NCBI GenBank assembly: GCA_963662435.1
Contig: OY759598.1
Span: 3,256,507 to 3,320,506 of the forward strand
Source: Dehalococcoidia bacterium
GTDB taxonomy: Bacteria; Chloroflexota; Dehalococcoidia; Lucifugimonadales; VXLM01
Reading direction: 5' to 3'
DNA: 64,000 nt
The notes below the pieces were generated by a model, which was not told the DNA's origin, made no database searches, and was given only the letters and a program-made list of their open reading frames with translations. Below are positions 40,130 through 52,072 of the stretch, piece after piece. Position numbers and translations under genes: made by a program. The first letter of the stretch is position 1. Each line of letters begins with the position of its first letter.

Positions 40130-40348
40130 AATGACGCGCAGCAATTGAGGGTCGGATTCGCGTTGTGCACGACAGGGCGGGTTTGACGGGGGGAGGTTCA
40201 GAGGAATGAAAATGGGATTTTCGCCTGACAGAGTCCGAAGACTGGATTCCGGCCCCGTATCCGAGTACGGAGTGACGTTCCTCGCGGGTATGACTGTAGT
40301 TCAATTGTCTCAATCCACTACGGGAGTTCCGGCATAACTCAAAGGTGA

Positions 40349-40388
40349 ATATAGCTGTGTGCATGACGCATATAGCTATGTGCTATAT
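40349..40388. promoter_or_regulatory. Probable toxin-antitoxin operator
   Basis: Direct repeat ATATAGCTRTGTGC at 40349 and 40370; palindrome ATATAGC-N5-GCTATAT 40370-40388. Confidence 0.6.
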
Positions 40389-40403
40389 TAACTTACAGAG
40401 CCA

Positions 40404-40667
40404 GTGATGTTTGAACTCAGAATGAGGAGGCGGGCCATAGTTGCCCTGAGGAAGATGCCTCGCCCACATGTACTGCGCATCCGGCAGGAACTGGACAAAC
40501 TGGCTGAGAATCCCGAACGGCGAGATATCGACGTTGCGAAATTGAGGGGGCGGTCCGGCTATCGCCTACGTGTAGGCGACTACAGGATCATATTTGAACG
40601 GGACAATAACACCCAGATCATTGATGTGCTCAGAATTGCCTCGCGCGGGCAGGTCTATCGACTATAG
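40404..40667 (+). CDS. Type II toxin, RelE/ParE family
   Basis: KLRG..GYRLRVGDYRIIF...I..RG.VY. Confidence 0.9.
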   Translation: MMFELRMRRRAIVALRKMPRPHVLRIRQELDKLAENPERRDIDVAKLRGRSGYRLRVGDYRIIFERDNNTQIIDVLRIASRGQVYRL

Positions 40668-40676
40668 GAGGCGGCT

Positions 40677-41048
40677 ATGGCCAAAACCCAGGTTATTTTT
40701 GATGATGTCGGACAGCCTGCGTTCGCGGTGATCCCTTGGCCTGAGTATGAGCGGCTAACAACCGCGGATGCCGATAGCTTGCTCAGTGACGAGGAACTGT
40801 ATGACCTTGCCAAGAGCGAAGGTGGTGAGTCATTTCCCATCGAGGTGGTTGACAGGATCGTTGCCGGGGAAGGCCCCATCAGCGTGTACCGCAGCTATCG
40901 CGGCATGACCCAACAGGAGCTGGCGTCCATGGCCGGGATCAATCCTGTTTATCTGTCTCAGATAGAGACTGGGAAGCGTTCCGGATCGACCAAGACTCTG
41001 GCCGCTCTCGCCAAAGCGCTCGATGTGACTGTGGACGACCTGATTTGA
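40677..41048 (+). CDS. XRE-family HTH antitoxin (toxin-first, HigBA-like order)
   Basis: N-terminal P.FAVIP..EYE.L; RGMTQQELA..AGI...YLSQIETGKR. Confidence 0.88.
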   Translation: MAKTQVIFDDVGQPAFAVIPWPEYERLTTADADSLLSDEELYDLAKSEGGESFPIEVVDRIVAGEGPISVYRSYRGMTQQELASMAGINPVYLSQIETGKRSGSTKTLAALAKALDVTVDDLI

Positions 41049-41319
41049 TTCGGGTCTCCTGAGCGCTAGAGCGGGTGCAGCGCTAGTGGATTCCCGCTTT
41101 CGCGGTAATGATGGGTGTGGACAAGCGCGACTAGGCTGATGATCGGATGAACTTGCGGGTGGCAGTTGGGTAGGCAGCCGCGTGTTTTTGAGACGGATTG
41201 GGCGGGGGTCCACCTACGATTCAGGCCTTGACGGGTCAAGGGAAGGCTGTTGCTATAATGCCCCTCACCACCCGGCCTCGCACGCGCACCGCCGACCGAT
41301 CTGAGGGCTTGCATCGAAC

Positions 41320-44300
41320 GTGTTCACGCATCTGCACACGCATACCGAATACAGCATGCTGGACGGCCTGAGCCGTGTCGAATCGCTGGTTGACCGATGC
41401 GTAGAATTGGGGATGGACAGCCTCGCAATCACCGATCACGGCGGATTGTACGGGGCAATCGACTTCTACCAGACGGCGACGGCGGCCGGCATCAAGCCGA
41501 TCATCGGGTGCGAACTGTACGTGGCGCTGCAGAGCCGGTTCGACCGCACACCGGATGACAGGGATCGGTACCACCTGACCGCTCTGGCCAAGAACGAGGC
41601 GGGTTACCGCAACCTCATCAAGCTTGTCACGAAGGCGAATCTCGAAGGGTACTACTACAAGCCACGAGTTGACCGGGACCTCCTGGAGCGGCACAGCGAG
41701 GGGCTCATTCTTCTGACGGGCTGCCCCAGCGGAGAGGTCCCTTCGTACATCGCTCAGGGGAGAATGGACGAGGCGAAGCGGGCGATCGCGTGGTACCGCG
41801 AACGCTTCCCCGACTACTACCTCGAGATGATGCAGCACGACGGGGTGCCGGAACTGCCGATGATCAATGCGGGGCTCATGGACCTGCATCGCGAGACAGG
41901 CACGCCACTCGTCGCAACGAACGACTCTCATTACACAAACCCCGGTGAGCACGAACTGCACGATATTCTGCTCTGCATCCAGACGAACACGAATATCGAA
42001 GACGAACGGCGGATGCGCTTCGAAGACCATACGTACTACCTGCGGACTCCGCAGGAAATGCAGCAGTTGTTCGCGGACATGCCGGACGCTGCGGCCAACA
42101 CACAGAAGATCGCGGACATGTGTGATCTGAAAATCGACTTCTCGCAGCTTCATCTTCCCCATTTCGAGATCGAGTCGGGCATGACGGCGGACGAGTATCT
42201 CCGGAAGATCTGCGAAGACAGCCTTCGCGAGAAGATTCCCGATGCGGGCGAACGGGAAAGACAGCGACTGGAATACGAGCTCGACGTGATCCAGAAGACC
42301 AAGTACGCGACATATTTCCTGGTCGTTTGGGACATCGCGCAGTTCGTCAGGCGAAACGACATCGAACTTGCCGTTCGAGGCAGCGCTGCGGCGAGCCTTG
42401 TGCTGTACCTCGTCGGGGTGACGGACGTGAACCCGCTCACGTACTCGCTGGTGTTCGAGCGGTTCCTCAACGTCGAGCGAAAGCAGATGCCCGACGTCGA
42501 CATGGACTTCCAGGATGACCGTCGGGACGAAGTGCTGAGGTACCTGGTCGAGAAGTACGGCTCGGACCACGTGGCACAGATCATTACGTTCGGGACGATG
42601 GGGGCCAAGGCTTCGGTACGGGACGTGGGCCGGGCGCTGAATATGCCTTACGTCGAGGTCGACAGGGTGGCGAGGTTGATCCCGAACCGGCTGAAGATCA
42701 CGCTCAAGGAGGCCCTCGAGACGAGCGATGAACTCCGGGAGATCTACGAGGCCGACCCGTCGATAGCCAACCTTGTCGATAAGGCGCAGGGCCTGGAGGG
42801 CATCGTGCGCCACTCCAGCACCCACGCGGCTGGTGTCGTGATGTCGGGCGAGCGGCTGGACGAGATCGTGCCGATGCAGACGTCAGGCCGTGGCGGCGAG
42901 GACGACGGCAGTTCGCTGCCGACGACGCAGTATGCCATGAACCCGGTGGACGAGCTCGGGCTGCTCAAGTTGGACGTGCTGGGGCTCAGCAACCTCACGA
43001 TTCTCGCCAAGGCGCGTGAGCTGATCAGGGAAACTCGAGGAATCGACATCGACCATCGTGCGCTGTCGCTGGACGATCCAAAAACGTATGAGCTGCTGTC
43101 GCGAGGAGAGACGGGGGGTGTGTTCCAGCTGGAAGGCTCAGGGATGACACGGTACATCAAGGAGCTGAAGCCGGAGCAATTCGGTGAGATTGCGTCCATG
43201 ATCGCGCTGTACCGGCCGGGGCCGATGGACCACATTGGGGCGTACATCGACGCCAAGCACGGGCGGGCTCCGGTCCAGTACCTTCACGACGACCTGAGGG
43301 ACATTCTCGAGGAGAGCTACGGCATCATCGTCTTCCAGGAGCAGGTGCTTCTGATTACGCAGAAGATCGCGGGATACACCCTTGGGGAGGCGGACAGCGT
43401 GCGGAGGGCCATGGGGAAGAAGATCCCCGCGGTCATGGCGCAGGAGCGGGAGAAGTTCATCACCGGCGCGCTGGCGCAGGGGTATGAGCAAGAACTGGCG
43501 GAGCGGGTCTTTTCGCTCATAGAGCCGTTCGCCGGATACGCATTCAATAAGGCTCACGCCGTTTGCTATGCCCTGATCTCCTACTGGACGGCCTACTTCA
43601 AGGCGAATTACCCGCCTGAGTACATGGCGTGCCTGTTGAATGCCTTTTCCGAGAACTCGGACAAGGCCGCGTCCATTGTCAGCGAGTGCAAGAGACTCAA
43701 GATTCCGGTGCTCCCACCCGACATACTCAGGAGCGAACCCGACTATGCCATCGAGACGGGAGAGGACGGCGAAGCGTGCATCCGGGCCGGTCTGGCGTCG
43801 GTCAAAAACGTCGGCACGGGCGCAGTCGAAGAGTACGTGGAGTCGAGAGCGTCGCTGGACGGTCCGGTCGAGAGCATAGAGCAGTTCTGCAGAGCTGTGG
43901 ACGCCAGCGGGTTGAACAAGAAGACCCTGGAGAGCCTCATCATGGCCGGAGCGTTCGACAGGTTCGGCGACCGAGGAGCGATTCTAGACTCGATCGACAG
44001 GATATTGTCGGTGGCCGAGAGCGAGGCCCGGCTGAGACATTCCGACCAAACTTCGATGTTCGACATGTTTGGAGCATCGGTACCGACTCCCCTGACGAGT
44101 ATCGAGCTTCCGAATGTCCAGACGCCGACGTCGGAAATGAGCCAGTGGGAAGAGGAGCTGCTTGGTTTCGCCATCTCCGGCAACGAAGAGTTCGACGCGA
44201 TGGTCGCCGAGAATGACGGGGGTGCCATCATCTCGGTCGGCGACGTCACGGCGGAGCTGGCCGGGAAGAGAGGGGTGGTCGTAAACGGCCAAGTCTCCTC

Positions 44301-45003
44301 ATCGGAAGAGCGGTTTACGAAGGCCGGCAAGAGATTCCTCATCGTCAAGGTCGCACTGTTGGGCGGAACCACGGACGTGTTCGTGTGGGAGAACGTCCTG
44401 GAGGAGTCGGGCGCGTTATGGGAGCCGGGGACGCTGGTATCGCTCGTGGTGTCCGTACGTGTCCGTGACGACGATCGAATCAGCCTCTCATGCCAGAGGG
44501 CGCAGGCGTATGTGCGCCCGGACGAACAAGAATTGGAGGACGAAGAATTGACGACAACCAGCCCTGAATCCAGGGAACCGACTCCCCTGCCCACTCCCGA
44601 CCTGACGCTCCGGTCACCCTCCTCCAATGGAGGGAGGAGCGCTTCAAACGGAGGCGTGGTACGAGAGCCGTCGACCAGTTACGAAGCTCCGAAGAGCACC
44701 CCGGCGAATGGGACGAGCGTGACACCTGCGCCGACTTCCTCGAAGCAACTCGTCATTCGCCTTCGAGAGGGGAACGACGCCGGCAGGGACAGGGAGTTGC
44801 TCGACGACATCAAGAAAGCGCTGGTTGAGCACCAGGGCGATGAGGAAATCAAGTTGGAGATAGCGGTCGAGGGCCGGCTGATAACCATGGACTGGCCGAT
44901 GCTGAAAGTGCGCATCAACGACGACCTGGAACGTGCCTTGAAGGACAACCTGGGCGAGTCGGGCGAGGTGCACGTGCGTGAGCCGACGGCCCCCTCTACG
45001 TAG
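41320..45003 (+). CDS. dnaE: DNA polymerase III alpha subunit
   Basis: HLHTHTEYSMLDG PHP domain, FERFLN.ER..MPDVDMDF, HAAGVV, GYAFNKAH. Confidence 0.97.
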   Translation: MFTHLHTHTEYSMLDGLSRVESLVDRCVELGMDSLAITDHGGLYGAIDFYQTATAAGIKPIIGCELYVALQSRFDRTPDDRDRYHLTALAKNEAGYRNLIKLVTKANLEGYYYKPRVDRDLLERHSEGLILLTGCPSGEVPSYIAQGRMDEAKRAIAWYRERFPDYYLEMMQHDGVPELPMINAGLMDLHRETGTPLVATNDSHYTNPGEHELHDILLCIQTNTNIEDERRMRFEDHTYYLRTPQEMQQLFADMPDAAANTQKIADMCDLKIDFSQLHLPHFEIESGMTADEYLRKICEDSLREKIPDAGERERQRLEYELDVIQKTKYATYFLVVWDIAQFVRRNDIELAVRGSAAASLVLYLVGVTDVNPLTYSLVFERFLNVERKQMPDVDMDFQDDRRDEVLRYLVEKYGSDHVAQIITFGTMGAKASVRDVGRALNMPYVEVDRVARLIPNRLKITLKEALETSDELREIYEADPSIANLVDKAQGLEGIVRHSSTHAAGVVMSGERLDEIVPMQTSGRGGEDDGSSLPTTQYAMNPVDELGLLKLDVLGLSNLTILAKARELIRETRGIDIDHRALSLDDPKTYELLSRGETGGVFQLEGSGMTRYIKELKPEQFGEIASMIALYRPGPMDHIGAYIDAKHGRAPVQYLHDDLRDILEESYGIIVFQEQVLLITQKIAGYTLGEADSVRRAMGKKIPAVMAQEREKFITGALAQGYEQELAERVFSLIEPFAGYAFNKAHAVCYALISYWTAYFKANYPPEYMACLLNAFSENSDKAASIVSECKRLKIPVLPPDILRSEPDYAIETGEDGEACIRAGLASVKNVGTGAVEEYVESRASLDGPVESIEQFCRAVDASGLNKKTLESLIMAGAFDRFGDRGAILDSIDRILSVAESEARLRHSDQTSMFDMFGASVPTPLTSIELPNVQTPTSEMSQWEEELLGFAISGNEEFDAMVAENDGGAIISVGDVTAELAGKRGVVVNGQVSSSEERFTKAGKRFLIVKVALLGGTTDVFVWENVLEESGALWEPGTLVSLVVSVRVRDDDRISLSCQRAQAYVRPDEQELEDEELTTTSPESREPTPLPTPDLTLRSPSSNGGRSASNGGVVREPSTSYEAPKSTPANGTSVTPAPTSSKQLVIRLREGNDAGRDRELLDDIKKALVEHQGDEEIKLEIAVEGRLITMDWPMLKVRINDDLERALKDNLGESGEVHVREPTAPST

Positions 45004-45520
45004 CCGCCTTTGACCGTGCCTCCATATCGAGGAGACGCCTTTTGAGGTCGAGGCGGGACTGGCCGCTTCCATAGCCCCCAAGCGACCCGTCGCTCGCGAT
45101 CACCCTGTGACATGGGATGAGAAAAGGCAGACGATTCCTCGCCATGGCCTGTCCTGCCGCGCGAGGAGCACTTGGTCGTCCGACCTCCGATGCGAGCCAT
45201 CCGTAGGGTCGGGTCTCCCCTGAAGGAATCGTCCGGCATGCCTGCCAGGCGGCCTGATGGAACGGAGAAGCGTCGTCCACATCGATCGGGACATCGCTGA
45301 AGTCCACGTCGTTCCCATCCAGGAAGATTTCGATCCTGCGACGGAGGTCGATAAACCTCCCCGGGGTCCGCTCTGCTCCGTCGACCTCGCTGCCGAGCTT
45401 GTCTCGGGTCGCCTCGATGGTTGACTCCGGCAGAGTCGTTCGGCGGATACCGCGCTCGGAGGCGAGCACTCCTACCCATCCCTGAGGGGTCTCAAAGATG
45501 TCGAAGCTCAGCTCAGTCAT
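44996..45520 (-). CDS. ogt: Methylated-DNA--protein-cysteine S-methyltransferase
   Basis: IP.GETR.Y..LA, IPCHRVI, LGGYG; ATG 45520 overlaps the upstream TGA. Confidence 0.92.
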   Translation of the reverse strand: MTELSFDIFETPQGWVGVLASERGIRRTTLPESTIEATRDKLGSEVDGAERTPGRFIDLRRRIEIFLDGNDVDFSDVPIDVDDASPFHQAAWQACRTIPSGETRPYGWLASEVGRPSAPRAAGQAMARNRLPFLIPCHRVIASDGSLGGYGSGQSRLDLKRRLLDMEARSKAAT

Positions 45521-48138
45521 ACTCGGAACCGTCCAACGGGGAGAAGTCGCTTCAACGTTCTCGACAGGAGGCCGCCGCGAATTCCCTTCCAGTGCTCGCT
45601 CAGGACCGATACGGTGTCGTCGTCGGACTCCTCTATTTTTGCATAGCGACCCAGCGCAAAGCTCCAAGCAACGGCTTGCGCGCCGGAAGACGCCATAGGC
45701 ACGGCGTCTCCGATGGCATAGGCGTAGTCAAGCGGCGTGTGATAGGGCCTTCGCCTGATACCGGCCAGAGTCCCCAATCTGCTCATCTTGATGTAGTAGC
45801 GTTCAGCAGTACCGGCCTTGCCGAGACCGATGTTCCACACAAACCAGGCCAACATCCAGAGCAATACCGCGGCGGCAAGGGCAATGGCGGCGGGAACGGC
45901 CCATCCCGAGGGATCCCAGCTGGACGGGGCCACACCGGCTGAGGAGCTTGTCGGCTCCATCAACTCGTCGCAGCCAAGGGCATCCGCTTCCTCAGGGTCG
46001 GCCTGCTCCAAGAGTTCGCATTCCTCTTCGAGTGAAAGGGAGTCACCACCGGCAATGCTGTCCAGCAAGTCGTCTACGGCCTCGGCCGCAGCCTCCTCAT
46101 CAGGAGAGTCCACTACGGCGGTGAGTTCACCGCGATCAACCTGGGACCAGGCGGTTGTTGGCTCGAAGTCTATCCACCCGTGTCCGGGGAAGTACGCCTG
46201 AGTCCATCCGTGGCTGTCCCTGTCGCGGACGGCCCAACGTCCGGTAATGTCGACCTCTCCGGGGGCGTAACCGGCAGCCATTCGCGCGGGCACCCCCACA
46301 GACCTGAGCATTACGGTCATCGCTGATCCGAAGTAATCGCTGTACCCCGTCTTGGTATCAAACAGGAACCAGTCAACACCGTCCACGTTGGTAGGAGGAG
46401 ACTCTATGTCCTGCGAGTATTCAAAGCCGCCCTCGTCGCGCAGGTAATTTTCGATTGCGAGCGCTTTATCGAGGGGAGTTTCCGCGTCTTCAGTTATGCG
46501 CGCTGCCAGGTCTCTGACCCTGCCGGGGAGAGTGGAAGGCAGTTGGAGGTAGTGATCGGTGATGAACGTCGGGTACTCATTCCCTGCCAGCTGCAGGTCG
46601 TTGTTCGTGGCCTCGGACACGAATGAGTAGAGCGTATAGGGCTGGTCCTGTGGGAGTGTCTGCTTGAATTCCCAGTTCACAACTTCAGGGATCTCCGGGT
46701 CCTTGCGCCGAAGCGTGACCACGCGCTGGTCGCGCCATTGGTCGGACTCGCTTCCCGGAATCACGTCGAGGACGATGAGATCTTCCGGCAGGACCTCTGA
46801 GATCAGTGACTCAATGAACCGATTTGGAGGAGGGTTCAGGAGGTTCCGCAGTTCCGCAGCGAGTTCTTGAATGTCTGGCGGGAGTTCGCTGTCAAATGTC
46901 GGGCTCTTCAGATCGATGTGGAAGACCCTCGGTTCAAGCGTCTCAACTATGGCGTCGTGGCTCACCCAGTCGACGTTGCCTCCGACAAACAGCTCATCAC
47001 TGTCGAAGGTGAGCTGAACACGTTGGAAGGCCAGTTCCCTGTTGTCGGACTCATGCGGAGGAGGCGGCAGACCTTCTGGGCCGACATTCAGCTTAATGGT
47101 CTTGCCCGCTATCCAGCCCTTGGAGGTGTAGTGGCTGTAGGTGCGCGAAAGCCAGTAAGTGGCGGACTTCGAGTTGGCCACCATGACGACTTCGCCGCCG
47201 AACGAGATCTTTCCCTGGAAGGGAAGGGTATTGCCGAAGAACCGGCCCGTCACATCGTTCTTCGACGTGATGCCGGAGAATAGACGGGCGAAATCATCCT
47301 CAAAGACCGTCAGCGGGTCGCGTCCCCAATTCCACGCGTCGATGGCTGCTCGGACCACGTAGACGCGGAGCGGAGCGCCAATTGAGGCAATGAGTATGAT
47401 GGCTGTCACAGACAAGATGATTGGAGCGCTCAGCAGCCGGTTTCGTATCGACGTGATCGAGCCGATGTTCAGCTTCGACCACATTGCCTCCCGCTGTACG
47501 AGACTCACGCGTGCCACAAGCAGCATTGCAATGAACACGAATATGAAGAACCGCGAGTCGAACTCGTCGGGCAGGAAGCTCAACGTGGTAAGCAACGCAA
47601 CGCCGCTGAGAAGTAGGCCGATCCAGACGTTGGTCCACTTGAACAGGAACCATGCACTGATATAGCCAAGCAGCCATGCCATAAGCAGGAGGTACAGCGT
47701 CGAGGGGAGCAAGTCCCGGCTAATACCACCGGTAACGGCCACGTTGTACCACTCACGCACCCTGTCCCAGACGGTGATCATACCGGTCAAGGCGATCTGG
47801 TCTTCCAGGAGGGTAGCCGTCTGATAGGTGACGACGACTATGCCGATGAGCAGACCGGCAATATAAGGGATTGGCCAGATGAACCCCCGCACCTTGGCCA
47901 TGAGCATTCCGGTGAGGCTGGCCAGCAAGATGACCACCATGAGACCGGGTGTGGAGACGAAGTCCGCCTCACGCACGACCCATGCGGAGATGCCCACAGC
48001 GGCATACATCAGCAGGAAGGTGTCCCACCCCTCACGAGGTGAGAACCTTCGCAGGAGGTTGCCGATCTGCTCCAGCCAGTCCGGGGGACTCAGATCGACA
48101 TCGGTTGGTCGGGAGAGGGTGACTTTCGTGCCGGTCAT
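45517..48138 (-). CDS. Membrane transglutaminase-like (TgpA-type) protein
   Basis: N-terminal TM helices; GYSDYF.SAM..MLR..GVPAR...GY..G, HGW, GWIDFEPT; C-terminal TM. Confidence 0.9.
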   Translation of the reverse strand: MTGTKVTLSRPTDVDLSPPDWLEQIGNLLRRFSPREGWDTFLLMYAAVGISAWVVREADFVSTPGLMVVILLASLTGMLMAKVRGFIWPIPYIAGLLIGIVVVTYQTATLLEDQIALTGMITVWDRVREWYNVAVTGGISRDLLPSTLYLLLMAWLLGYISAWFLFKWTNVWIGLLLSGVALLTTLSFLPDEFDSRFFIFVFIAMLLVARVSLVQREAMWSKLNIGSITSIRNRLLSAPIILSVTAIILIASIGAPLRVYVVRAAIDAWNWGRDPLTVFEDDFARLFSGITSKNDVTGRFFGNTLPFQGKISFGGEVVMVANSKSATYWLSRTYSHYTSKGWIAGKTIKLNVGPEGLPPPPHESDNRELAFQRVQLTFDSDELFVGGNVDWVSHDAIVETLEPRVFHIDLKSPTFDSELPPDIQELAAELRNLLNPPPNRFIESLISEVLPEDLIVLDVIPGSESDQWRDQRVVTLRRKDPEIPEVVNWEFKQTLPQDQPYTLYSFVSEATNNDLQLAGNEYPTFITDHYLQLPSTLPGRVRDLAARITEDAETPLDKALAIENYLRDEGGFEYSQDIESPPTNVDGVDWFLFDTKTGYSDYFGSAMTVMLRSVGVPARMAAGYAPGEVDITGRWAVRDRDSHGWTQAYFPGHGWIDFEPTTAWSQVDRGELTAVVDSPDEEAAAEAVDDLLDSIAGGDSLSLEEECELLEQADPEEADALGCDELMEPTSSSAGVAPSSWDPSGWAVPAAIALAAAVLLWMLAWFVWNIGLGKAGTAERYYIKMSRLGTLAGIRRRPYHTPLDYAYAIGDAVPMASSGAQAVAWSFALGRYAKIEESDDDTVSVLSEHWKGIRGGLLSRTLKRLLPVGRFRV

Positions 48139-49427
48139 ACGCCCGCCAATATCTGCTGGTCAGATTCGCTCATGGGGACGCCGATTGCGCTCCCGCGGGC
48201 AGAGAGCTTGGTAGGGATGTCGTCGCCCTGCAAAATATGGAATTGCGGAATGCCTCGCGCGAACATTTCCTCCTGCGATTCGGTTACGTCGCCGACACCG
48301 CCGAAGGACTCCAGGTCCAACTGGATTACCACCATTCGCACGCCGCGCCTCATCAACTCGCTGATGCCGACAACCCAGTCCGAACGAGGAGAGGACGTAA
48401 TGACCATCAGGGTGGCGTTGTGTCCCCAAAGGGGTTCATAGTCGGCGAGGGCCTCGTTCAGCGGAGTGTCGCCCTCGGGCTTTGCCAGGGCGAGATACTG
48501 CATGATCCGGTCGGACTGACCGGCGCCGGTCTCGGCTGGCAGGAAGTATCGTTCATCGCCGAAGGCAACCAGGCCGACCGGAAGCTCGGCGTCAATATGT
48601 CGCTTTACCAGAGAGGCGGCGATGGTCACGGCGTACTCGTCGGTGCTCTCCTCCAACTCGCCCGCCTGAACACTCTGCTCCAGGTCGACGAGAACCCAGA
48701 CTTCGCTCGCCCTGCCAAGGTCAAACTCTTTCGACATAAGCTTGCCCATGCGGGCAGTGCTGTTCCAGTGGACGCGACTGAGTGCGTCGCCGGGAGCGTA
48801 GTCTCTCACGGACGAGGCGTGTGGCGTCACGCTCTGAGAGCGCTGGCGGGTCGAGGAATCGCCGTGCAACTGGGCGGCAGGCACCTCGAAACCGGGGAGA
48901 TCAAGCACCCGGGGCAAGACGGTAATTGAGTCTCGCTCACCAAATTCAGAGGACTTCCTGAAGATATTGAACAGATCGCGCGCGACTATCCTGACTGGAC
49001 CGAGATGGTACATGCCCCGCGTTCGGGTCTTGATGTGCATCGTCCATGACGCGTAGTCGCCCGACGCGATGCTGACGGCGACGCCCCCCCGGTGTCCCGG
49101 GATGTCGGCGAGATCGGAGACTTCGAGCGCGAACTTTGGCAGCGCGGAGCGGTTGTCGAGGGTGATCGTTTCGAGAATCTCGTCCCCTACCCGTGCCTGA
49201 CGCGGCCTGCCCAACACCTCAACGCGGACGGCCCTGTGCATGAGCAAGACCCAAAGGTAACTGACGACGAGAGTGGCGACAAGGACGTATGAAAGGCGAT
49301 AGAAGAGGTCAAAACCCGTGGCCATCCCCGTAAAGACCGAGATGATGAGCAGGATCGCGACGAATGCAAACCTGATTGAAGGCCTTACGCTGAAACGGGC
49401 CAGACGATGCCTCACCTCTTGAACCAT
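48135..49427 (-). CDS. DUF58 domain protein
   Basis: VRDY.PGD..SRVHW.STAR.GKLM.KEF; start may be GTG 49415. Confidence 0.92.
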   Translation of the reverse strand: MVQEVRHRLARFSVRPSIRFAFVAILLIISVFTGMATGFDLFYRLSYVLVATLVVSYLWVLLMHRAVRVEVLGRPRQARVGDEILETITLDNRSALPKFALEVSDLADIPGHRGGVAVSIASGDYASWTMHIKTRTRGMYHLGPVRIVARDLFNIFRKSSEFGERDSITVLPRVLDLPGFEVPAAQLHGDSSTRQRSQSVTPHASSVRDYAPGDALSRVHWNSTARMGKLMSKEFDLGRASEVWVLVDLEQSVQAGELEESTDEYAVTIAASLVKRHIDAELPVGLVAFGDERYFLPAETGAGQSDRIMQYLALAKPEGDTPLNEALADYEPLWGHNATLMVITSSPRSDWVVGISELMRRGVRMVVIQLDLESFGGVGDVTESQEEMFARGIPQFHILQGDDIPTKLSARGSAIGVPMSESDQQILAGV

Positions 49428-50383
49428 CCTGCCGGCTGTGCGCCCGGAACGGGTACTTCCTCGACCAGCGAAGCGACAACATCCGAACTCTGGACTCCTC
49501 GCATCCTGCCGGCCGGCGAGACAATGATCCGGTGACTTAGCATAGGTTCGGCGAGTTCCTTGACGTCATCGGGCAGAGCGAAATCGCGACCCCTGATGAG
49601 GGCGAGTGCCTGTGCGCCGCGGAAGAGGGCCAGGGACCCACGGGGTGAACTGCCGAGCGCGGCGTCGGGGTGTGTCCTCGAGCTGTCGACGAGTGTGACA
49701 ATGTACTCTCGGATCAGGTCGTCGACGTACACGCTCCTCACGCTCTGCTGGACATCGAGAATCTGCTCGGCGGTGACCACCTCCTCGAGGCTGTCGATCG
49801 GGTGGTCCTGCTCCTGGCTGCTTACGATGGCCAACTCCTGTTCGATGGAGGGGTAGCCGAGCCTGATCGTGGTAAGGAACCGGTCGAGTTGGGCTTCCGG
49901 AAGGGGGAAGGTACCCTCATACTCGATGGGGTTCTGGGTGGCCATGACGGTGAATGGCGCGGGAAGCAGGTGCGTGACGCCTTCGACGGTAACCTGCTGT
50001 TCGTCCATAGACTCGAGCAGGGCCGACTGCGTCTTCGGGGTGGCGCGATTGATCTCGTCGGCCAGCACCAACTGCGAGAGAATCGGGCCCGGCTTGAACT
50101 CGAACTCGCCGGTCTGCTGGTTGTAGATTGACACTCCGGTGATGTCACTGGGCAGAAGGTCGGGCGTGAACTGTATCCTGCGGAACGTGCAGCCGGTCGA
50201 GCGGGAGAGGCTCCGCGCGAGCATGGTCTTTCCAACTCCGGGCACGTCCTCGATAAGCGCATGGCCCCGGCAGAGCAGGGTTACGACAGCCAACTCGACA
50301 GCGCTGTCCTTGCCAATGATGATCTTCTTGATGTTATCGACGATGCTCTGCGCCACCTGGTGCGCCTGGTCGATGGTTTGCAA
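49412..50383 (-). CDS. moxR: MoxR-family AAA+ ATPase
   Basis: EDVPGVGKT, RIQFTPDLLPSD, DEINRA.PKTQSALLE, ATQNPIEYEGTFPLPEAQLDRF. Confidence 0.96.
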   Translation of the reverse strand: MQTIDQAHQVAQSIVDNIKKIIIGKDSAVELAVVTLLCRGHALIEDVPGVGKTMLARSLSRSTGCTFRRIQFTPDLLPSDITGVSIYNQQTGEFEFKPGPILSQLVLADEINRATPKTQSALLESMDEQQVTVEGVTHLLPAPFTVMATQNPIEYEGTFPLPEAQLDRFLTTIRLGYPSIEQELAIVSSQEQDHPIDSLEEVVTAEQILDVQQSVRSVYVDDLIREYIVTLVDSSRTHPDAALGSSPRGSLALFRGAQALALIRGRDFALPDDVKELAEPMLSHRIIVSPAGRMRGVQSSDVVASLVEEVPVPGAQPAGWFKR

Positions 50384-50699
50384 TGGAGCCTCCTTAGGAC
50401 GGACATACGAACCCGCACCGGGTACCTTACATAAGAATGTACCCGTGAGTTGCCATTATAACGCCGTCTTGCTCGAATAGTTAGGCGTTGGCGAACGATA
50501 CCATATTATGGAGAACGGGGCTTGGCTGGCGGGGAGCTGGATTCCCGCCCTCGCGGGAATGACGAATGGCTTTTGTGGAAGCGGAGTCCCTCCTTGTGTG
50601 GTGTCTTCGACAACTTTATGTCAGCCTGATACACTTTGCGACGATTCGAGGGACTGATCGCGCAGCTTTAGTAGTCCGTATGGGGAAGGAGAGAATTCC

Positions 50700-51851
<1,152 letters not shown>

Positions 51852-52072
51852 TCGGGACGCGCCGGACCGTTCCAAATGACGGCGGACGAAAGAAACAGGG
51901 GATGTGCGCGGCTACCCGCTGACGGCATCCCCTAGGCTGTGGCTGATCACTCGCGCCTGGGCGCTTCATCATGCATATTCGGGAACGCTAGGCGCGCTTC
52001 AAGTTCAGACGGGCGCTAGGATACTTCCCCTCCACTCCATCAAGTGGACGGGGAAATACAGGAGGATGTGTC

